A stretch of 64,000 bases of DNA from Blastocatellia bacterium (GTDB taxonomy: Bacteria; Acidobacteriota; Blastocatellia; UBA7656), in NCBI GenBank assembly GCA_036505875.1, contig DASXSR010000324.1, positions 2,225 through 66,224 of the forward strand, read 5' to 3'. Below the pieces are notes generated by a model that saw only the letters and a program-made list of their open reading frames with translations, had not been told where the DNA came from and ran no database searches. A program made the translations under genes and the position numbers. Positions 8,163-18,294 of the stretch are shown here, in pieces. Position 1 is the first letter of the stretch, and the number at the start of each line of letters is the position of its first letter.

Positions 8163-10028
8163 ATGGGCGAGCAGGCGAAGCATTTCTACGAGTTTGGCCG
8201 CTTCCGCGTAAGCGCCGCCCAACGACTGCTCTTCCGCGACGAGGAAGTCGTCCCGCTCACGCCTAAGGTGTTCGATATCCTGCTCACGCTAATTGAGAGC
8301 AGCGGCCAGGTGATCTCAAAGGACAGTCTAATGAAGAAAGTCTGGCCGGATACTTTTGTAGAAGAAGGAAACCTCACGCAAAACATCTCGCTGTTGAGGA
8401 AAGCCCTGGGCGAAGGGCAGAACGGGAACCAGTACATCGAAACGGTTGCCAGACGAGGATACCGATTCGTGGCGCCCGTGCGTGAGTTGAGCGATGCCGC
8501 AAACGGTGAGCCGAGCTCTGCAACTGGTTCGATAGCAAGCCGTGGACGGAGTGTCCGCCGAGCGGCCAGTTGGAACAGCCGCCGCGTTGCGTTCGTGACG
8601 CTAATCGCGCTTCTTGCGACGGCACCCGCCCTTATTTATTTCACACGAGGCAAAACGGTTGACGGTGGCAGTGCGTTAATCGAATCGATAGCAGTGCTTC
8701 CCTTCGTCAACGAAACTCCGGACACGGATGCCGAGTATTTCAGCGATGAGATCACCGAAAGCCTGATCAACAGTCTCTCGCAACTCCCCAAGCTTCGAGT
8801 TGTACCTCGCAGCGTAGTCCTAAACTACAAGAACCAGGCGGCGGATCCTCGCAAGATCGCGCGAGAGCTGAACGTTCGCGCGGTGCTCACCGGAAGAGTT
8901 CATCGGCGAGGCGACAACCTGAGCATACAGGCTGAGTTGATCGACGTAGCTAACATCTCGCAGGTGTGGGGTCAGCACTACGATCGTAGGGTGTCGGACA
9001 TTTTGCTCGTGCAGGAGGATATCTCGCGGGATATCTTCGAGAATTTGCGGCTCAAGCTGAGCGTCGAAGAGAAGAAACAAGTCGAGGCTTTCAGCCTATA
9101 TCTGAAAGGCCGCAACTACTGGAACAAGCGAACCGAAGACGGTCTTCTGCAAGGCATAGAGTATTTCCGAAAAGCGATTGAGGCAGACAAGAGCTACGCT
9201 CCCGCATACGCCGGGCTGGCGGACTGTTACAACATGCTCGTGGTCTATGGGATCAACCAGCCGAAAGAAGCGTTCCCAAAGGCCAAGGAGGCTGCGACGC
9301 AGGCGCTGAAGATTGACGATACGCTGGCCGAGGCGCACACGTCGCTTGCGTTCATCAAGCATCGCTGGGATTGGCAGCGCGCGGAAGCTGAGCGAGAGTT
9401 TCAGCTTGCTATCAGTTACAAACCATCTTATGCGCCGGCCCATCAATGGTACAGCTCGTACCTTGTTGCGATGGGCAGATTCGACGAGGCGATCGCGGAA
9501 GCGAAGCGCGCCGAGGAGCTCGAACCGCTTTCATTTATCAGCAACTCACACCTCGGCTGGATTCTCTATCTTGCAGGTCGCAACGAAGAGGCGATCCAGC
9601 ATTGCAAGAGACTGCTCGATGTCGATCCGAATTTCTTCCCCGCGCGGCGATACCTTGGACTCTGCTACGAGCAAAATGGAATGTATAAGGAAGCGATCGC
9701 CGAGTTTCAACAAGGCGCTAAGCTGTCGGGCAGCCCATTGATGCTCTCGCTTTTGGGTCACGCTTACGCGGCGTCGGGAAACAGAGCGGAGGCGTTGCGA
9801 GTACTGACGGAGCTTGATCGACAAAAACAGCTATACGTATCGCCGTACACGATTGCGACTATCTATGCCGGGCTCGGCGACAGGGATACCGCGTTCAAAT
9901 GGTTGGAGAAGGCGTTCGAGGATCGCGACATCTGGTTGATGAACTTGAAAGTGGACCCGTTACTTAGACCGCTTGTATCGGATCACAGGTTTGAAACTCT
10001 CTTGAAGCGCGTCGGCATGGCCCCTTGA
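8163..10028 (+). CDS. CadC-like transcriptional regulator: OmpR/PhoB-type winged helix, TM segment, TPR domain
   Basis: Start set at ATG 8163 (MGEQAKHFYEFGRFRV...). The wHTH pattern is LTPKVFDILLTLIESSGQVISKDSLMKKVWPDTFVEEGNLTQNISLLRKAL...RRGYRF. A TM segment (VAFVTLIALLATAPALIYF) is followed by C-terminal TPR repeats. Confidence 0.85.
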   Translation: MGEQAKHFYEFGRFRVSAAQRLLFRDEEVVPLTPKVFDILLTLIESSGQVISKDSLMKKVWPDTFVEEGNLTQNISLLRKALGEGQNGNQYIETVARRGYRFVAPVRELSDAANGEPSSATGSIASRGRSVRRAASWNSRRVAFVTLIALLATAPALIYFTRGKTVDGGSALIESIAVLPFVNETPDTDAEYFSDEITESLINSLSQLPKLRVVPRSVVLNYKNQAADPRKIARELNVRAVLTGRVHRRGDNLSIQAELIDVANISQVWGQHYDRRVSDILLVQEDISRDIFENLRLKLSVEEKKQVEAFSLYLKGRNYWNKRTEDGLLQGIEYFRKAIEADKSYAPAYAGLADCYNMLVVYGINQPKEAFPKAKEAATQALKIDDTLAEAHTSLAFIKHRWDWQRAEAEREFQLAISYKPSYAPAHQWYSSYLVAMGRFDEAIAEAKRAEELEPLSFISNSHLGWILYLAGRNEEAIQHCKRLLDVDPNFFPARRYLGLCYEQNGMYKEAIAEFQQGAKLSGSPLMLSLLGHAYAASGNRAEALRVLTELDRQKQLYVSPYTIATIYAGLGDRDTAFKWLEKAFEDRDIWLMNLKVDPLLRPLVSDHRFETLLKRVGMAP

Positions 10029-10065
10029 GTCGATAGAGCGTGTCGGAAATCAATTCGGAGAAAAC

Positions 10066-10263
10066 ATGGAAAACAACGGAAGGCAGCGATCAAAGGCGCA
10101 GATTCTGCTGATCGTCGTAGTCATCACGGTGCTCGGCGTTCTGGTGGCCGTTGCGGTTCAGGAACTCTTGTTCCGCAAGACGATAGTCGCGGTTACGAGC
10201 GCTGTTGGAGTCGTAACCGGGATGGTCGCAGCGACTCAGTTGATGCGCAAGTCTCAGAAATAA
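10066..10263 (+). CDS. Small two-TM membrane protein
   Basis: 65 aa. GGAG lies 7 nt upstream of the ATG. Two hydrophobic helices. Confidence 0.5.
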   Translation: MENNGRQRSKAQILLIVVVITVLGVLVAVAVQELLFRKTIVAVTSAVGVVTGMVAATQLMRKSQK

Positions 10264-10272
10264 TCGACAAGC

Positions 10273-11436
10273 TTAAATCGTCTCGATCAAGCGTGTGAGC
10301 AGGGCCGCGCGTCGAGGTATATCAGGGATGATGATGTGCTCATGCTCGGCGTGGGCGCCCGCGCCGTCCACTCCCAACCCGTCGAGCACAGGGACGCCAA
10401 GCGCCGCAATGAAGTTTCCATCAGAGCCTCCGCCCACCGAGCCCTCCTGAAGATTGAGCCCAATTTCGGCAGCCAATCGCTTTGCGCGCCCAAACAGCTC
10501 TCCGGCCTCGGTCGTCCGAACCAGCGGCGGACGATTTATTCCGCCGCGCACTTCGATGCGAGCGCCGTCAAGAACCGGCTGCAGATTCGCAAGCGCTTCA
10601 GTGATTCGATAGCCTTCGTCGACGGTCGCAAACCGCATGTCAATGAAAGCGTGAGCTTCCGCGGCGATCACATTTGAAAGCACTCCCCCTCGCGCGACGC
10701 CGACGTTGAGTGTTGTTCCGCGCGCGTAATCGTTCAGCTTGTTGATCGCCAGGACCTGATGCGCAAGCTCGGTAATCGCGCTAACACCTGCTCGAGGATC
10801 GTTGCCGGCGTGAGCCGGGCGGCCGCGAATTATCAGCTCGAATTCGCCGACGCCTTTTCGCCCGGTCTTGACCGTCCCTCCAGGTATCGGCGGCTCGAGA
10901 ACCAGCGCAGCGTGCGAACGACGTGCTTCGTCTTCGACAATATTGCGTGAAAAGTGGCTGCCGGTTTCTTCGTCGCAAGACATCAGCAACGTGACACGTC
11001 TCCGAGTACGCAGGCCGAGGTCTTTGATTGCTCGCATGGCAAAAGTGGCGAGCATCACGCCGGCCTTCATATCGAAGATGCCTGGTCCGAACGCCCGATC
11101 GCTTTCGACTTTGAAGGGACGGGTTGCGAGCGTGCCAAGAGGCCATACAGTATCCAGATGCCCAACGACGAGTAGCTGCTTGTCTTCCGCCGACGGTTTG
11201 TCAGGGCAGTCGAACCGCGCGACCAGCGTCGATCCGTAAGCGGGGTCGCTGAACAGTTCAATGGCCGCCCCATGCCGACCGAGCGCCTCACCGAGATTCT
11301 CGGCGATCCGTCGCGTGGCTTCGGGCTCGCGCGACATCGACTCTTGTTCGACCAACCAGCGGGCGAAACCGAGCATCTCCGGAAGACGATCATCAAAATA
11401 AGACAATAGCGAAGGGACGCGAGGATCGTTTGTCAT
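10273..11436 (-). CDS. M20-family metallopeptidase (glutamate carboxypeptidase-like)
   Basis: 387 aa with metal-ligand motifs GHLDTVWP, CDEETGS and HAGNDP. Confidence 0.85.
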   Translation of the reverse strand: MTNDPRVPSLLSYFDDRLPEMLGFARWLVEQESMSREPEATRRIAENLGEALGRHGAAIELFSDPAYGSTLVARFDCPDKPSAEDKQLLVVGHLDTVWPLGTLATRPFKVESDRAFGPGIFDMKAGVMLATFAMRAIKDLGLRTRRRVTLLMSCDEETGSHFSRNIVEDEARRSHAALVLEPPIPGGTVKTGRKGVGEFELIIRGRPAHAGNDPRAGVSAITELAHQVLAINKLNDYARGTTLNVGVARGGVLSNVIAAEAHAFIDMRFATVDEGYRITEALANLQPVLDGARIEVRGGINRPPLVRTTEAGELFGRAKRLAAEIGLNLQEGSVGGGSDGNFIAALGVPVLDGLGVDGAGAHAEHEHIIIPDIPRRAALLTRLIETI

Positions 11437-11551
11437 CGCTCCTTTTTAGCAGAGCGTCTGGCACTCATGCCAGCAATCGCTTGTCTGGGCGCAGCCGTCC
11501 TTGCCTGCTGGTTGGTGGCTATGGCAGCAGACAGGTCTGCGCTCCCAGGGA

Positions 11552-12034
11552 CTACTTGTTTTGCAGCGCAGTGTCGATAACAGAAGCGAGGTCGTTGACG
11601 AAGTCGGAATTAGGATTGAATCCGCCGCGAGGCCGGCCAACCGGGTTGCCCTGGCGGTCCAGAATGACGATGGTCGGAAGTTGGCCGCTCTTCCCGCTGA
11701 GACGCTTGAAGGCCGCTTGGCTTGTATCGCGCAATACCACAACCGACTTGGCTGCGCCGCAGGGGTCACCGGTGGGGCCAACGTTCACCCAGTAAATGCC
11801 AACGTCCTTTCCTTGGACCCGTTCAGCAAGCGTCTCGAGCGCCTTAAACCCGTCGCGGCACTGTGGGTCCTGAGGACCGCTGAACATCAGCACGATCACC
11901 CTTCCGCGCAAGCTCGAAAGAGTGACGGTTTGTCCATTGGAGCCCGTGAAGCCGAAATCTTGCGCACTAGCAGAAATTACGGCTAGCGCTATGATTGCAA
12001 TCGCTACAACTATTCTCTTGACTCTGTTCACCAT
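11552..12034 (-). CDS. Thioredoxin-fold (TlpA/redoxin-like) periplasmic protein lacking a canonical CxxC
   Basis: Start set at ATG 12034 (MVNRVKRIVVAIAIIALAVISASAQ signal peptide). Redoxin-like layout (LRGRVIVLMFSGPQDPQC...), but only single Cys residues. Confidence 0.6.
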   Translation of the reverse strand: MVNRVKRIVVAIAIIALAVISASAQDFGFTGSNGQTVTLSSLRGRVIVLMFSGPQDPQCRDGFKALETLAERVQGKDVGIYWVNVGPTGDPCGAAKSVVVLRDTSQAAFKRLSGKSGQLPTIVILDRQGNPVGRPRGGFNPNSDFVNDLASVIDTALQNK

Positions 12035-12191
12035 TGATACATCCCTCAACGCGAAAACCGTGACGAAGGTTAGATGCTGCTCGACGCCAAGTTGTTTCAC
12101 GCTTGTTGTTCTCGATCAACTCTCAGTCTACCACAATCGAGTATATGTGCGCTTGGATGACTGCCGGGCTGACTCTATAATCTGCTCGATT

Positions 12192-12779
12192 ATGGTTTCA
12201 GCAGTGCTTTTGGCCGCGGGCGAGTCGCGCCGAATGGGAGAGTTCAAACAGTTGCTCCTCTTCGGCGACAAGACTTTCGTCGAAACCTGTGCCGTCAACC
12301 TGCTTGAATCTCACGTCAGTGAAGTCATCATTGTGACCGGCCATCGCGATCCGGACGTCAGACGCGCAGTCGGCAATCGTCCTGTCAGATTCGTACATAA
12401 CTCTGACTATCAGTCTGGCATGGCTTCATCGATCAAGCGCGGCGTAGAAGCAGTTTCGCAGGACTCGCAAGCTTGCATAATCGCACTTGTTGATCAGCCG
12501 CAGGTGGGCGCCGGCGTCATCAACCGGTTGATCCAAACATACGAACGGCTGTCACACCCCCTCATTGTCATTCCATCTTACGAAGGAAAGAACGGTCATC
12601 CGATCCTTTTCGATATCAGTCTTCGAAAAGAAATTCTCGATATGGATTCCGAACAGGGATTGCGGCAGGTGGTTCACGCGCACGCAAACCTGATCGCGCG
12701 GGTCGAAGTTTCAAGCCCGGCGGTGCTCGAAGATTGCGATTTGCCGGAAGACTATCAGCGAATGCTGGATAGGACGTGA
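12192..12779 (+). CDS. MobA-like NTP transferase (MocA-type molybdenum cofactor cytidylyltransferase family)
   Basis: Start set at ATG 12192. MVSAVLLAAGESRRMGEFKQLL is the LAAGxSxRMG nucleotide-binding signature, and ...ALVDQP follows. Confidence 0.8.
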   Translation: MVSAVLLAAGESRRMGEFKQLLLFGDKTFVETCAVNLLESHVSEVIIVTGHRDPDVRRAVGNRPVRFVHNSDYQSGMASSIKRGVEAVSQDSQACIIALVDQPQVGAGVINRLIQTYERLSHPLIVIPSYEGKNGHPILFDISLRKEILDMDSEQGLRQVVHAHANLIARVEVSSPAVLEDCDLPEDYQRMLDRT

Positions 12780-12898
12780 GGAAGCCGGGGTGGTTACAAG
12801 CTGCTCACCACTTATTACCCATCGGCTACGCTGTGACCAAGAAAGAAAAGAAGGCCCTCAGGTCGAGGACCTTCTCGCTACTTCACTCGTGCAGATCT

Positions 12899-13252
12899 CT
12901 AAACGGCTATTCTTTCAGATCGCGAGGCGAACGGAATGACACGGGCCTGGCGGCGTGCGAAATGCGCTTCTCTCAGACGCGCAGCTCTCAACACCGCGCT
13001 GTTTGCGGCGACCGATGACGCAAGCAGATAGCTACGACCGCCGCATTGCGAGCAGTTACCGCGCCGATCCAAATAAGTTCTGATCGCGTGCTCTCCTTCG
13101 CCCGAACAGTTGCCGCAGATTATTTGAACTCCAACCGTCAGCAAGGCTGTACGCGGCTCGTTCAACTGCGACGGATCAGCGTTCCGTCCTCTCATCAAAA
13201 CAATACATGCCAAGGTAACCGCAACCGTTATCGCTGCAATGATCGTCAGCAT
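12899..13252 (-). CDS. Membrane-anchored small protein with DnaJ-type zinc-ribbon motifs
   Basis: 117 aa. GAGGAG SD before the ATG. N-terminal TM helix. CGNCSGEG matches CxxCxGxG, and a second motif CSQCGG follows. Confidence 0.55.
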   Translation of the reverse strand: MLTIIAAITVAVTLACIVLMRGRNADPSQLNEPRTALLTVGVQIICGNCSGEGEHAIRTYLDRRGNCSQCGGRSYLLASSVAANSAVLRAARLREAHFARRQARVIPFASRSERIAV

Positions 13253-13591
13253 AGTTTCTCCTCGAAGCTGTACTCTAAGTCCTTATCAATCCCACGTTTC
13301 AGTATCGACTACCTACCATACGAGCAAAACCGAAGCAAAAGATCGATAATCGGGTTCCAGCAATGCTCGTGCCAATCTCTTTGGGGGCAGCAGCACCATT
13401 AAGAGAAATGTGATCCCGTATTGGGCAGCGAATTAGAAAGCGTCTGATGGTTGGGATTTAGGGACTAGTGGGATAGATTTGCACTCGGCCGGTACAAAGC
13501 TGCGCATCGGAAATTTCAAATCGACCGCGTTGCTTTATACTTTCGAAGCCGGTTGCGATGCCCTTATCAATTGGCTTTCGACTTGTGATTC

Positions 13592-13867
13592 TCAAGCACG
13601 CCGGCCTGTTATGGCGCGCCATAACAGAAGAACTAAGACCGCCCCGACTACCGCCAGCAAGAAGTGAAGCAACCGATGGGGATGAGTGTAGCTCGTTGCA
13701 GTTGTAGGCCAGATCATGCTTCCTATCAATCCTCCGACTATCGACCCTACAATTCCGAGCAGCGAGGTGGCGAAACAACCCATTGGATCGCGACCGGGCA
13801 CCAGAAAGCGCGCAATCGCGCCGACGATGAGACCGATTATCAGCGCGCCGATTATGGAAGTGAGCAT
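13592..13867 (-). CDS. GlsB/YeaQ/YmgE-family transglycosylase-associated membrane protein
   Basis: 91 aa. MLTSIIGALIIGLIVGAIARFLVPGRDPMGCFATSLLGIVGSIVGGLIG is the classic family pattern. AAGGAGGGG SD. Confidence 0.85.
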   Translation of the reverse strand: MLTSIIGALIIGLIVGAIARFLVPGRDPMGCFATSLLGIVGSIVGGLIGSMIWPTTATSYTHPHRLLHFLLAVVGAVLVLLLWRAITGRRA

Positions 13868-13890
13868 GTGGTCCCCTCCTTTGCCTGACG

Positions 13891-13919
13891 ATGTTATCCG
13901 GCGCTTGCTGTGGTGTCAA
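13891..13919 (-). promoter_or_regulatory. Sigma70-type promoter candidate for the yeaQ-like gene
   Basis: Minus strand reads TTGACA (13919-13914), 17-nt spacer, TAACAT (13896-13891), about 25 nt upstream of the ATG at 13867. Confidence 0.45.
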
Positions 13920-14174
13920 TCGAGATCAGGCCGCGTCGCGGCTGATTTTCGCACAATCAAGAAGCTCTCTCCCCCCTCTGAGATCCGCAAAAGAAGCTTG
14001 GAGCAGTTAAATCCTCAGGCGCCGGCCGAGCCGTAGCGTGGAGGATAGAAATCTGCCCGAGATTCGATCACGTCAGGGATTATTGTCAACGCAAACGCGC
14101 GTTTGTTACCATTCTTGACTAGCTGACGAGGTTTACAGCTACAGCTCCCGTGCCCATAACCGGAGGAATCATCC

Positions 14175-14783
14175 GTGAAACTTATCTGGCGTTCGCTGCT
14201 AGCGATCGCGGTGACGCTGTCATTCATAGCAGTCGTCGCCTTCGCCCGAGAGCTTGGCGCGCGTGAGGCTCGCGAAAAAATCGCGCAAGCGTTAGGCTTC
14301 GACAAGCCTGATCGCGTCCACATAAAACACATCAGCCACGGTCCCGGTAGCGAGGCAATCGTCGAGGCTCAGTTCGATGCTGCTTTCAGATTCACAACTG
14401 ACAAAGACGGCAAGTGGCAAGCGGTTGAGGTTCGCACCGCTGACCGTCAGTGGGAGTCGATCGAGCTTATTCAGACTGCGATACAAAAAGAGAAGGCCTT
14501 GAGAACAACCGCAGAGCTTCGAACGATAGCCACTGCGCTCGAAGCCTATCGCCGTGAAACCGGTTCGTACGTGAAAGCCGAGACCGGAGCGGCGCTGATC
14601 GATCAGCTTACCCCGCGCTACATGAATACAATCCTCAGGCTTGATGCCTGGTCGCATGAGTTGGATTACAGGGGCACCCCCGCCAGCTATCGGCTGGCCA
14701 GCTCGGGAGCGGATGGGAAGAGCGGCACTGAGGACGACATCGTATTCGAGAACGGCCGGCTGACAAAAGGGGCGAAAGAGTGA
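14175..14783 (+). CDS. Membrane-anchored protein with type II secretion GspG-like C-terminal domain
   Basis: GTG start with GGAGG 8 nt upstream and an N-terminal TM helix. ELRTIATALEAYRRETGSY...DAWSHELDYRG...SSGADGKSGTEDDIVFENG matches the GspG C-terminal pattern. Confidence 0.6.
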   Translation: MKLIWRSLLAIAVTLSFIAVVAFARELGAREAREKIAQALGFDKPDRVHIKHISHGPGSEAIVEAQFDAAFRFTTDKDGKWQAVEVRTADRQWESIELIQTAIQKEKALRTTAELRTIATALEAYRRETGSYVKAETGAALIDQLTPRYMNTILRLDAWSHELDYRGTPASYRLASSGADGKSGTEDDIVFENGRLTKGAKE

Positions 14784-15283
14784 CGCAAAACTCCGAACAG
14801 TTGCGCGACCGCGTCGCCGTCGCTCACAAGACCGCTCTCACGTTGGTGTTGGCCTTTTCGCTGTGCATTGTAATTTACACCGGCGTCGGGTTGCTCATCT
14901 TGAATCGTCGGGGCGCAACACCGCAAGCGGAGTTGCCGATTCCGTTCTACGCAGCAGCGGCGTTGCTGGCAATCGGCTCGATTGTGTTTCGACGCGCGCA
15001 GTTGCACAGCGCTAGGCTTGAGATCGTAGCTGCGCATCGAGGAGTCGAAGGATTAATCAAGCACCTGCTGAATGTGACGATCATCGCCGCCGCCATTGCG
15101 GAAATAATAGGAGTGCTGGCGCTGGTGGTTGTCTTCTTCGGCGGAGATCAGAACGACGTCATAAGGCTTGGGATAGTTGGGCTGATCGTTTCTTTGTATA
15201 ACTACCCGCGGCGTACGGCTTGGCAGCGAGCCGTGGATTATTTTTCCGCAACGATGCCGGGCGAAAGCCCGCTTGGCTTGTGA
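14780..15283 (+). CDS. Hypothetical polytopic membrane protein
   Basis: 167 aa with four hydrophobic segments. Its start overlaps the upstream stop (GTGA). Confidence 0.6.
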   Translation: MTQNSEQLRDRVAVAHKTALTLVLAFSLCIVIYTGVGLLILNRRGATPQAELPIPFYAAAALLAIGSIVFRRAQLHSARLEIVAAHRGVEGLIKHLLNVTIIAAAIAEIIGVLALVVVFFGGDQNDVIRLGIVGLIVSLYNYPRRTAWQRAVDYFSATMPGESPLGL

Positions 15284-15286
15284 GGA

Positions 15287-17500
15287 GTGGGTGTGAGCAT
15301 TGATAGTTTGATCAAAGAGGCGCACACTAAAATCGGACACTTTAAGATAGGCGCAGCAGGAAGGAACCTTATTTTGAGAAACGACAAAATCGCAACCAGC
15401 GCAGTTCTCGTTCTGGTGATGACGCTGGCGGTGAGCACGAAGGCGAAACCGGCTCCAGGAGCCGATTTCAGGGCACAGGACAAACAGACGCAGGACAAAC
15501 AGACGCAGGGCACTGACAAGCGCGCGGAAGCGCTGAAGAAGTACCTGGAGGCTCAGCGGCTCGAACAAGCAGGCAACTATTCCGGAGCGGTGTCGGCTTA
15601 CAAAGAAGCGCTGGCGCTGGACCCGAAATCGATCGAGCTGAGAATCGCGCTCGGCTCCTTGTACCTGAAGAACCGAAACGTCATCGACGCCGAGACGCAA
15701 GCGCAGGAAGCGATGAAACTGGCGGCGGATAATGTCGACGCGCGCAAATTGCTGGCGCGGATCTACCTCGCGCAGACCTTCGTTGGAACGACAACGGTAA
15801 AGGAGAAGGCTCGCGCGGCGCTCAAGGAGTTGGAAGAAGTCGCGCGTTTGAACCCAAGCGCAAAGATCGAAGTGGGCGATCAAGAGCAGCCGGTGCTTGC
15901 CGTTATCGGTGAGCTGTATTACACGCTTGACGAGCCCGACAAGGCGCTGGAGGCGTTGAAGCGGGTTTCTGAGGGCAGCTCGACCGCAGACCGCGCGCAT
16001 TTTCAGCTTGCAATGCTTTACTTTCAGAAGAACAAGTTCCGCGAAGCGGCGGCGACGGCGCGCAAGGCTTACGACATAGACCCGAAGTCTACCCAGTATG
16101 CGGGGCTGTTGGCTAAGTCGCTATTGCGAATCGGTCGCTCACAAGAAGCCCTGGATATTTACAAGAAGGCTATTGGAATCAAAGATACGACTGGCAAAGA
16201 GACCAAGCTCAAACCCAAACCTTCCGATGACAAGGAAGACAAGGATGACGAAACCGGCACGCTGATCAGCTCGCCGTTGTTTTTCGACTACACCGAGGCG
16301 TTGGTTTACGCCGGTCGCTACGAGGAAGCGAACAAGGTGCTCGATCCGGTCATGAAGGCTGTTCGCAAGGACACACCGGTTTATCTGAATATAGTCAAGT
16401 ATAAAGCGATCGTGCTGCGGCGAACCGGCAAGCGAGAAGAAGCCGCCGGGCTTCTCGAATCGGCTCTTAAGGGTCAGGACGTATCGGAAAGCCTCGAGGT
16501 GTTGTTCTCGCTGGGTGAGACCTACGAGGAGATGCTTCAATTCGACAAAGCAATCTCATCGTATGAAGAAGCGCTGACATCGATCGTAAATCCTGATGGA
16601 ACGGTCGGCGGCCGCGAGCAAGACAAGCAGGCCGCCGAGGTTGTGCTTCAACGTATTGGCGTGGCTTACCGAATGGCCGGCAAGCGCGACAAGGCGATGG
16701 AAACCTTCGAGCGGATGAAGAAGGTCGTTGGCAAGGACCGCCCTCGCGCTGACCAATTGATCGTCGACACGCTGATCAACGAAGGCAAATACAAAGAAGC
16801 GCTCGCGGCGGCGACCGAGGCTGCTACGCGATTTCCCGACGAGAGGTCGTTCAAGTTCTTGCGCGCGCAGGCGGCCGGAAAATTGGGCGAAACGTCGACC
16901 GCCGATTCAACTCTGAAATCGATGTTGAAAGATGCGCCTGATGACGCTGACGTCTATCTGTTCTGGTCGAGCGTCCAACTGGATGCCAACCAGGTGAAGG
17001 AAGCTGAAGAGAGCGCGCGCAAAGCGGTCGCTATCGAACCAAACGACATTGGCCCGCTTGTGACTCTCGCCAGCGTTCAAGACCGTGAGAAGAAGTACAA
17101 GGAATCCGAAGCGACGTTAAAAAAGGCGCTCGAGATTGATCCTGATAATGCGACGGTTTTGAACAACCTCGGTTACTTCCTCGCCGATCGCAACGAGCGA
17201 CTGCCTGAAGCTGAGGCGCTGATACGTCGCGCCGTGAACATCGAGCCTACTAACGGCTCGTTCCTAGATTCGCTGGGGTGGTTGTTGTATAGGCAGGGCA
17301 AGCTTGGCGAGGCGCAGAAGTACCTGGAGCAGGCAGTGATTTATCAGGCGCGCTCAGCAACGATTCACGATCACCTCGGCGACCTGTATAAGAAGCAAGG
17401 CCAGATGGACAAGGCTCGCGCTAAGTGGGAAGATGCGCTCAAGCTTTCGAGTGACCCGGAAGAGACGAAGAAGATCAAGGAGAAGCTGGGAAGGAAGTAG
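15287..17500 (+). CDS. Secreted TPR-repeat protein
   Basis: 737-aa ORF. The likely true start is TTG 15374, which has GGAAGGAA upstream and gives the signal peptide RNDKIATSAVLVLVMTLAVSTKA. Many TPR units (e.g. AEALIRRAVNIEPTNGSFLDSLGWLLYRQGKLGEAQKYLEQAV). Confidence 0.85.
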   Translation: MGVSIDSLIKEAHTKIGHFKIGAAGRNLILRNDKIATSAVLVLVMTLAVSTKAKPAPGADFRAQDKQTQDKQTQGTDKRAEALKKYLEAQRLEQAGNYSGAVSAYKEALALDPKSIELRIALGSLYLKNRNVIDAETQAQEAMKLAADNVDARKLLARIYLAQTFVGTTTVKEKARAALKELEEVARLNPSAKIEVGDQEQPVLAVIGELYYTLDEPDKALEALKRVSEGSSTADRAHFQLAMLYFQKNKFREAAATARKAYDIDPKSTQYAGLLAKSLLRIGRSQEALDIYKKAIGIKDTTGKETKLKPKPSDDKEDKDDETGTLISSPLFFDYTEALVYAGRYEEANKVLDPVMKAVRKDTPVYLNIVKYKAIVLRRTGKREEAAGLLESALKGQDVSESLEVLFSLGETYEEMLQFDKAISSYEEALTSIVNPDGTVGGREQDKQAAEVVLQRIGVAYRMAGKRDKAMETFERMKKVVGKDRPRADQLIVDTLINEGKYKEALAAATEAATRFPDERSFKFLRAQAAGKLGETSTADSTLKSMLKDAPDDADVYLFWSSVQLDANQVKEAEESARKAVAIEPNDIGPLVTLASVQDREKKYKESEATLKKALEIDPDNATVLNNLGYFLADRNERLPEAEALIRRAVNIEPTNGSFLDSLGWLLYRQGKLGEAQKYLEQAVIYQARSATIHDHLGDLYKKQGQMDKARAKWEDALKLSSDPEETKKIKEKLGRK

Positions 17501-17610
17501 GCTTTGATATTTAAAGAAAATATGTATCGCGATTTTCGAATCTCGGTTAAACTCATGATCTGAACTGGGAGGCGTCTGAAATCTAAGCAGTTTGAGACCC
17601 CGAAGGTAGT

Positions 17611-18237
17611 ATGCGAATCAAACCTGGTCCGCTCCTCACGCTCGCGACGATACTGCTGGCATTAGCTCCGTTTACCGCCCAACGGGTCTACTCGCAAGAG
17701 AAGCGCGCAGGAGTCGCTGGCAGCACCGGAGCGGCTCGCGGCAGTTCCAAGGCTCGCAGCACGAGAAATTCTCCGCGCGACGCGACGGCTGCAGATGAGG
17801 ATGAGTCGGCGCCCCGCATCTCGAGTCGACGCATTCGGGAGATCGAATCTCTCGAGCAGCAGTGCCTGGACGAAGTGAACCGAGTGCGCCGCGCTCGCCA
17901 TCTCTTGCCGCTTGAGCTTTATGAAGGCTTACTGCCGGTAGCTCGCGACTACAGCCGCCGGATGGCCGAAGAGCATTTCTTTTCGCACAATGATCCCGAC
18001 GGGCGCACGGTTCGCGAGCGAGTTGGCGAAGCGGACATCAAGTGGCGAATGGTGGGTGAGAACCTCGCTTATTCCAACGGCTACGTCAATCCGGTAGCAG
18101 CCAGCCTTCACGGATGGATGGAGAGTCCCGGCCATCGCGCGAATATTCTTGAACCGGATTACCGGCTGACTGCAATCGGCGCATGGATCGGCTCGGACGG
18201 GACAGTTTTTTTCACTGAGATTTTCCTCAAACCATAA
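17611..18237 (+). CDS. CAP/SCP/PR1-like domain protein (YkwD-like)
   Basis: Signal peptide; motifs FFSHNDPDG, GENLAY and HGWMESPGHRANIL. Confidence 0.85.
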   Translation: MRIKPGPLLTLATILLALAPFTAQRVYSQEKRAGVAGSTGAARGSSKARSTRNSPRDATAADEDESAPRISSRRIREIESLEQQCLDEVNRVRRARHLLPLELYEGLLPVARDYSRRMAEEHFFSHNDPDGRTVRERVGEADIKWRMVGENLAYSNGYVNPVAASLHGWMESPGHRANILEPDYRLTAIGAWIGSDGTVFFTEIFLKP

Positions 18238-18294
18238 TTGCGCTCGTCGACCCGCCCCAAGAAGCGACGATCAGTCTGATGATCACGCTCAAGA

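Noticed and set aside
14092-14105. 14-nt palindrome CAAACGCGCGTTTG upstream of the GspG-like gene; also the 10-bp hairpin CAAGATCGAT/ATCGATCTTG at 49027-49052.
   Set aside because: Palindromes of this size are expected by chance a few times in 64 kb. No supporting promoter geometry was found.
15476-15505. In-frame 15-nt tandem duplication CAGGACAAACAGACG x2 (QDKQT QDKQT) in the TPR protein's N-terminal linker.
   Set aside because: This is a simple slippage duplication in a low-complexity linker, with no evident functional implication.
15053-16000. 315-aa ORF antisense to the TPR gene.
   Set aside because: Arg/Leu-rich shadow frame. The sense strand encodes well-formed TPR repeats.
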